From: Acholeplasmataceae bacterium
Lineage (GTDB): Bacteria; Bacillota_I; Bacilli_A; Acholeplasmatales; Acholeplasmataceae
Length of the DNA: 64,000 bases
Assembly (NCBI GenBank): GCA_011620375.1
Contig: WOZH01000041.1
Span: forward strand, 3,506 to 67,505
Direction: 5' to 3'
In this document: piece by piece, positions 61,306-64,000 of the stretch
Numbering within the stretch: the stretch's first letter is position 1
How the letters are laid out: the number at the start of each line of letters is the position of its first letter
Made by a program: the position numbers and the translations under genes
Notes under the pieces: generated by a model
Seen by the model: only the letters and a program-made list of their open reading frames with translations
What the model was told of the DNA's origin: nothing
Databases searched by the model: none

Positions 61306-62490
61306 ATGGCAAAACAAAAGTTTGAAAGAACCAAACCACACGTTAACATTGGTACAATCGGCCACGTTGACCATGGTAAAACGACGCTGACGGCAGCAAT
61401 CACCACTGTGCTTGCATCAAAAGGCCTTGCTGAAATCAAAGATTACGCGTCAATCGACAGCGCTCCAGAAGAAAAGGAACGCGGTATTACAATTAACACT
61501 GCGCACGTTGAATATGAAACGGAAAACCGTCACTATGCGCACGTTGACTGCCCAGGACATGCTGACTATGTCAAAAACATGATTACTGGTGCTGCTCAAA
61601 TGGACGGTGCAATTCTTGTTGTTTCCGCTGCTGACGGCCCAATGCCTCAGACACGTGAACACATTTTGCTTGCTGGTCAAGTTGGCGTACCTAAGATGGT
61701 CGTCTACTTAAATAAAGCAGACATGGTTGATGACGAAGAATTATTAGATTTAGTTGAAATGGAAGTTCGCGAATTGTTGACTGAATATGATTTTCCAGGA
61801 GACGATATTCCTGTGATTCGCGGTTCAGCACTCGGTGCATTGAATGGCGAAGAAAAATGGGTCAAATCTATTGAAGAATTGATGAAGGCTGTTGATGAAT
61901 ACATCGACACACCAAAACGTGAAACTGACAAGCCTTTCTTAATGCCAGTCGAAGATGTTTTCACGATTACAGGTCGTGGAACAGTCGCTACTGGTCGTGT
62001 TGATCGTGGCAAATTGAAAGTCGGCGATTCTGTTGAAATCGTTGGTATTCGTGACACAAAGACTACAGTTGTAACTGGTGTTGAAATGTTTAGAAAACTT
62101 CTTGATTATGCTGAAGCTGGCGACAACATCGGTGCTCTCTTAAGAGGTATCAACCGTGATCAAGTTGAACGTGGACAAGTTTTAGCTAAACCAAAGAGCG
62201 TACACCCACACTTTAAGTTTCAAGCTCAAGTTTACGTCTTATCAAAAGAAGAAGGTGGACGTCATACGCCATTCTTCTCAAATTACCGCCCACAATTTTA
62301 TTTCCATACAACTGATATTACAGGTGTTATTACATTAGAAGAAGGCACAGAAATGGTCATGCCTGGTGATAACACATTGATGAATGTGGAATTGATTCAC
62401 CCAATCGCTTTGGAAGAAGGAACGAAGTTCTCAATCCGCGAAGGTGGACGTACAGTTGGTGCTGGTTCAGTTGTTAAGATTACTGAATAA
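61306..62490 (+). CDS. tuf: Elongation factor Tu
   Basis: [31 protein letters not shown]. Confidence 0.99.
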   Translation: MAKQKFERTKPHVNIGTIGHVDHGKTTLTAAITTVLASKGLAEIKDYASIDSAPEEKERGITINTAHVEYETENRHYAHVDCPGHADYVKNMITGAAQMDGAILVVSAADGPMPQTREHILLAGQVGVPKMVVYLNKADMVDDEELLDLVEMEVRELLTEYDFPGDDIPVIRGSALGALNGEEKWVKSIEELMKAVDEYIDTPKRETDKPFLMPVEDVFTITGRGTVATGRVDRGKLKVGDSVEIVGIRDTKTTVVTGVEMFRKLLDYAEAGDNIGALLRGINRDQVERGQVLAKPKSVHPHFKFQAQVYVLSKEEGGRHTPFFSNYRPQFYFHTTDITGVITLEEGTEMVMPGDNTLMNVELIHPIALEEGTKFSIREGGRTVGAGSVVKITE

Positions 62491-62509
62491 AGTTTAAGAC
62501 AAACATTTT

Positions 62510-62534
62510 AAGAGGTCTATTTGACCTCTTTTTT
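62510..62534 (+). terminator. tuf terminator
   Basis: AAGAGGTC-TATTT-GACCTCTT-TTTT. Confidence 0.88.
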
Positions 62535-62744
62535 GTTATGCTTATAGATTTAATTATGATTTAATGAAAAACAAATCATAAAGATGATAACCGCGATGTT
62601 TGTTATTAGTATGTGGTTTAATGGACCTCCTGTAGGAGGTCTTTTCTGCATAATGTGATTATGTAAAAATGACGAGAATGTGCTCCACATCATTAAATCA
62701 TGCAAGATAGTGTTATAATATTATCGAGAATAGGAGATGATTTC

Positions 62745-63500
62745 ATGATCGATTCGCATGCTCACTTGAACCTTGAAGACTTTGATAAAGATGTCGATAT
62801 GGTCATCAAAAATGCTTTTGAAAATGGTGTTAAATCGATTATTGTGATTGGAATTGATGCAAAGACCAATAAAAAGGCGCTCTCGATTGTAGAACAATAT
62901 GAAGGGCTCTACGCAACAGTGGGTATTCATCCGTCCGTCGCAGATGATGGTGGTGTTGAAACAATCGTAGATTATTTATCGCATCCTAAGGTGGTTGCTA
63001 TCGGCGAATGTGGTATTGATCTTCATTGGCGACAAGATAATTTAAAACAACAGTTAGACATATTTGATCAACAGATTCGCTTAGCGATTGCATATGATTT
63101 ACCACTTATCATTCACACAAGGAATTCATTCGCTGAAGCCTATCAAGCAGTTCTACCCTACAAGGGTAAAGTAAAAGGTGTCTTTCACTGCTTCAGCTCA
63201 GGATTTGAAGATGCATCTAAAGCGATTGATTTAGGATTTTATATTGGTATTGATGGTCCGGTCACGTTCAAAAACGGTAAGGAAGCAAAAGACGTCGCAA
63301 CCCGTATACCCCTTAATCGATTACTGGTGGAAACAGATAGTCCATATTTGGCACCGATGCCACATCGCGGAAAGCGCAATGAACCGAAATATTTACCACT
63401 CATTGTTAAAGAAATTGCTTTACTCAGAGGATTGACTCTGATGGAAGTCATTCAACAAACGACTGCAAACGCAAAACAATTATTTCATTTAGGAGACTGA
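62745..63500 (+). CDS. tatD: TatD-family hydrolase/nuclease
   Basis: DSHAH, GIHP, GECGID, IHTR, FHCF, ETDSPYL. Confidence 0.93.
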   Translation: MIDSHAHLNLEDFDKDVDMVIKNAFENGVKSIIVIGIDAKTNKKALSIVEQYEGLYATVGIHPSVADDGGVETIVDYLSHPKVVAIGECGIDLHWRQDNLKQQLDIFDQQIRLAIAYDLPLIIHTRNSFAEAYQAVLPYKGKVKGVFHCFSSGFEDASKAIDLGFYIGIDGPVTFKNGKEAKDVATRIPLNRLLVETDSPYLAPMPHRGKRNEPKYLPLIVKEIALLRGLTLMEVIQQTTANAKQLFHLGD

Positions 63501-63504
63501 TATT

Positions 63505-64000
63505 ATGAAAAGAAAATTTACTGTATTACTCATGACCATTTTGATGGTATTTACGCTTGTCGCATGTATTGATACACGTGCTGAAGACGTATACGTATCA
63601 CCGGTTACATATGAACAAATTCGTATCGAAATGCTGCAAAGCGTGGAACCTTCCGTAGTCGCGATACAAACGGATGGCGGTTTTGGTTCTGGTGTTATTT
63701 TCAATAAAGAAACAACCGCTACAGTCGGTGAGTATCTTTATTCCGTGTTAACCAATTATCACGTGATTGAAGATGGTGGTGAAATCAAAGTTTATTACGG
63801 TGATGAAACAACGGCTATTCCAGCACAGGATTACCAAGGTAGTATGTTATATGACATCGCGGTTGTTCGCTTCGTGACGAGTATTAATTTTCCCGCATTA
63901 GATATTAAACCGATTACTGAAAATATAACGACTGAAATTGTCTTAGGTCAAGACGTTTATGCGATTGGCACACCGAAGGATTTAAAGAATTTCAATTATG
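63505..64000 (+). CDS. HtrA/trypsin-like serine protease lipoprotein (runs off window end)
   Basis: Hand translation MKRKFTVLLMTILMVFTLVAC (lipobox)...PSVVAI...GSGVIF...LTNYHVI (His)...YDIAVV (Asp)...DVYAIGTP. Confidence 0.8.
   Translation, partial: MKRKFTVLLMTILMVFTLVACIDTRAEDVYVSPVTYEQIRIEMLQSVEPSVVAIQTDGGFGSGVIFNKETTATVGEYLYSVLTNYHVIEDGGEIKVYYGDETTAIPAQDYQGSMLYDIAVVRFVTSINFPALDIKPITENITTEIVLGQDVYAIGTPKDLKNFNY

Noticed and set aside
44597-61680. Many antisense and alternative-frame ORFs inside rplL, rpoB, rpoC, fusA and tuf
   Set aside because: Shadows of highly conserved genes with no RBS or family motifs.

Overview
AT-rich 64 kb chromosomal segment from a wall-less, Firmicute-derived bacterium, most likely Acholeplasmataceae-like Mollicutes. 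This is inferred from TGA used as stop and TGG as Trp (code 11), an Acholeplasma-type RpoB N-terminus and a Bacillus-like core gene order. The first ~27 kb is accessory/metabolic: a ferric-reductase-type membrane protein (partial), a glycosyltransferase-acyltransferase fusion, pdxTS/pdxR, a TetA(P)-like MFS pseudogene, mscS, a 56-aa ferredoxin missed by the ORF track, a GGDEF protein, a SecB-like gene, GtrA, htpG, rhomboid, an RND pump with TetR and its operator, an aldehyde dehydrogenase, an nqrBCDEF-like operon lacking nqrA, an orphan cI/cro-like switch and uraA/pyrR. The rest is the conserved rplM-rpsI / gltX-cysS-mrnC-rlmB-sigH-rpmG-secE-nusG-rplKAJL-rsmC-rpoBC-rpsLG-fusA-tuf-tatD backbone with several inserted genes. 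The strongest leads are: (1) a serine palmitoyltransferase-like gene translationally coupled to a 3-ketodihydrosphingosine-reductase-like SDR, suggesting sphingolipid synthesis in a Mollicute; (2) a Helicobacter CGT-like glycosyltransferase fused to a PlsC-type acyltransferase; (3) an RpoC with two N-terminal acidic alphaCTD-like repeats; (4) an Nqr-like complex with no NqrA and no obvious quinone site. No tRNA, rRNA, CRISPR array or IS element was seen. Family assignments come from motif recognition and recall, not database searches.
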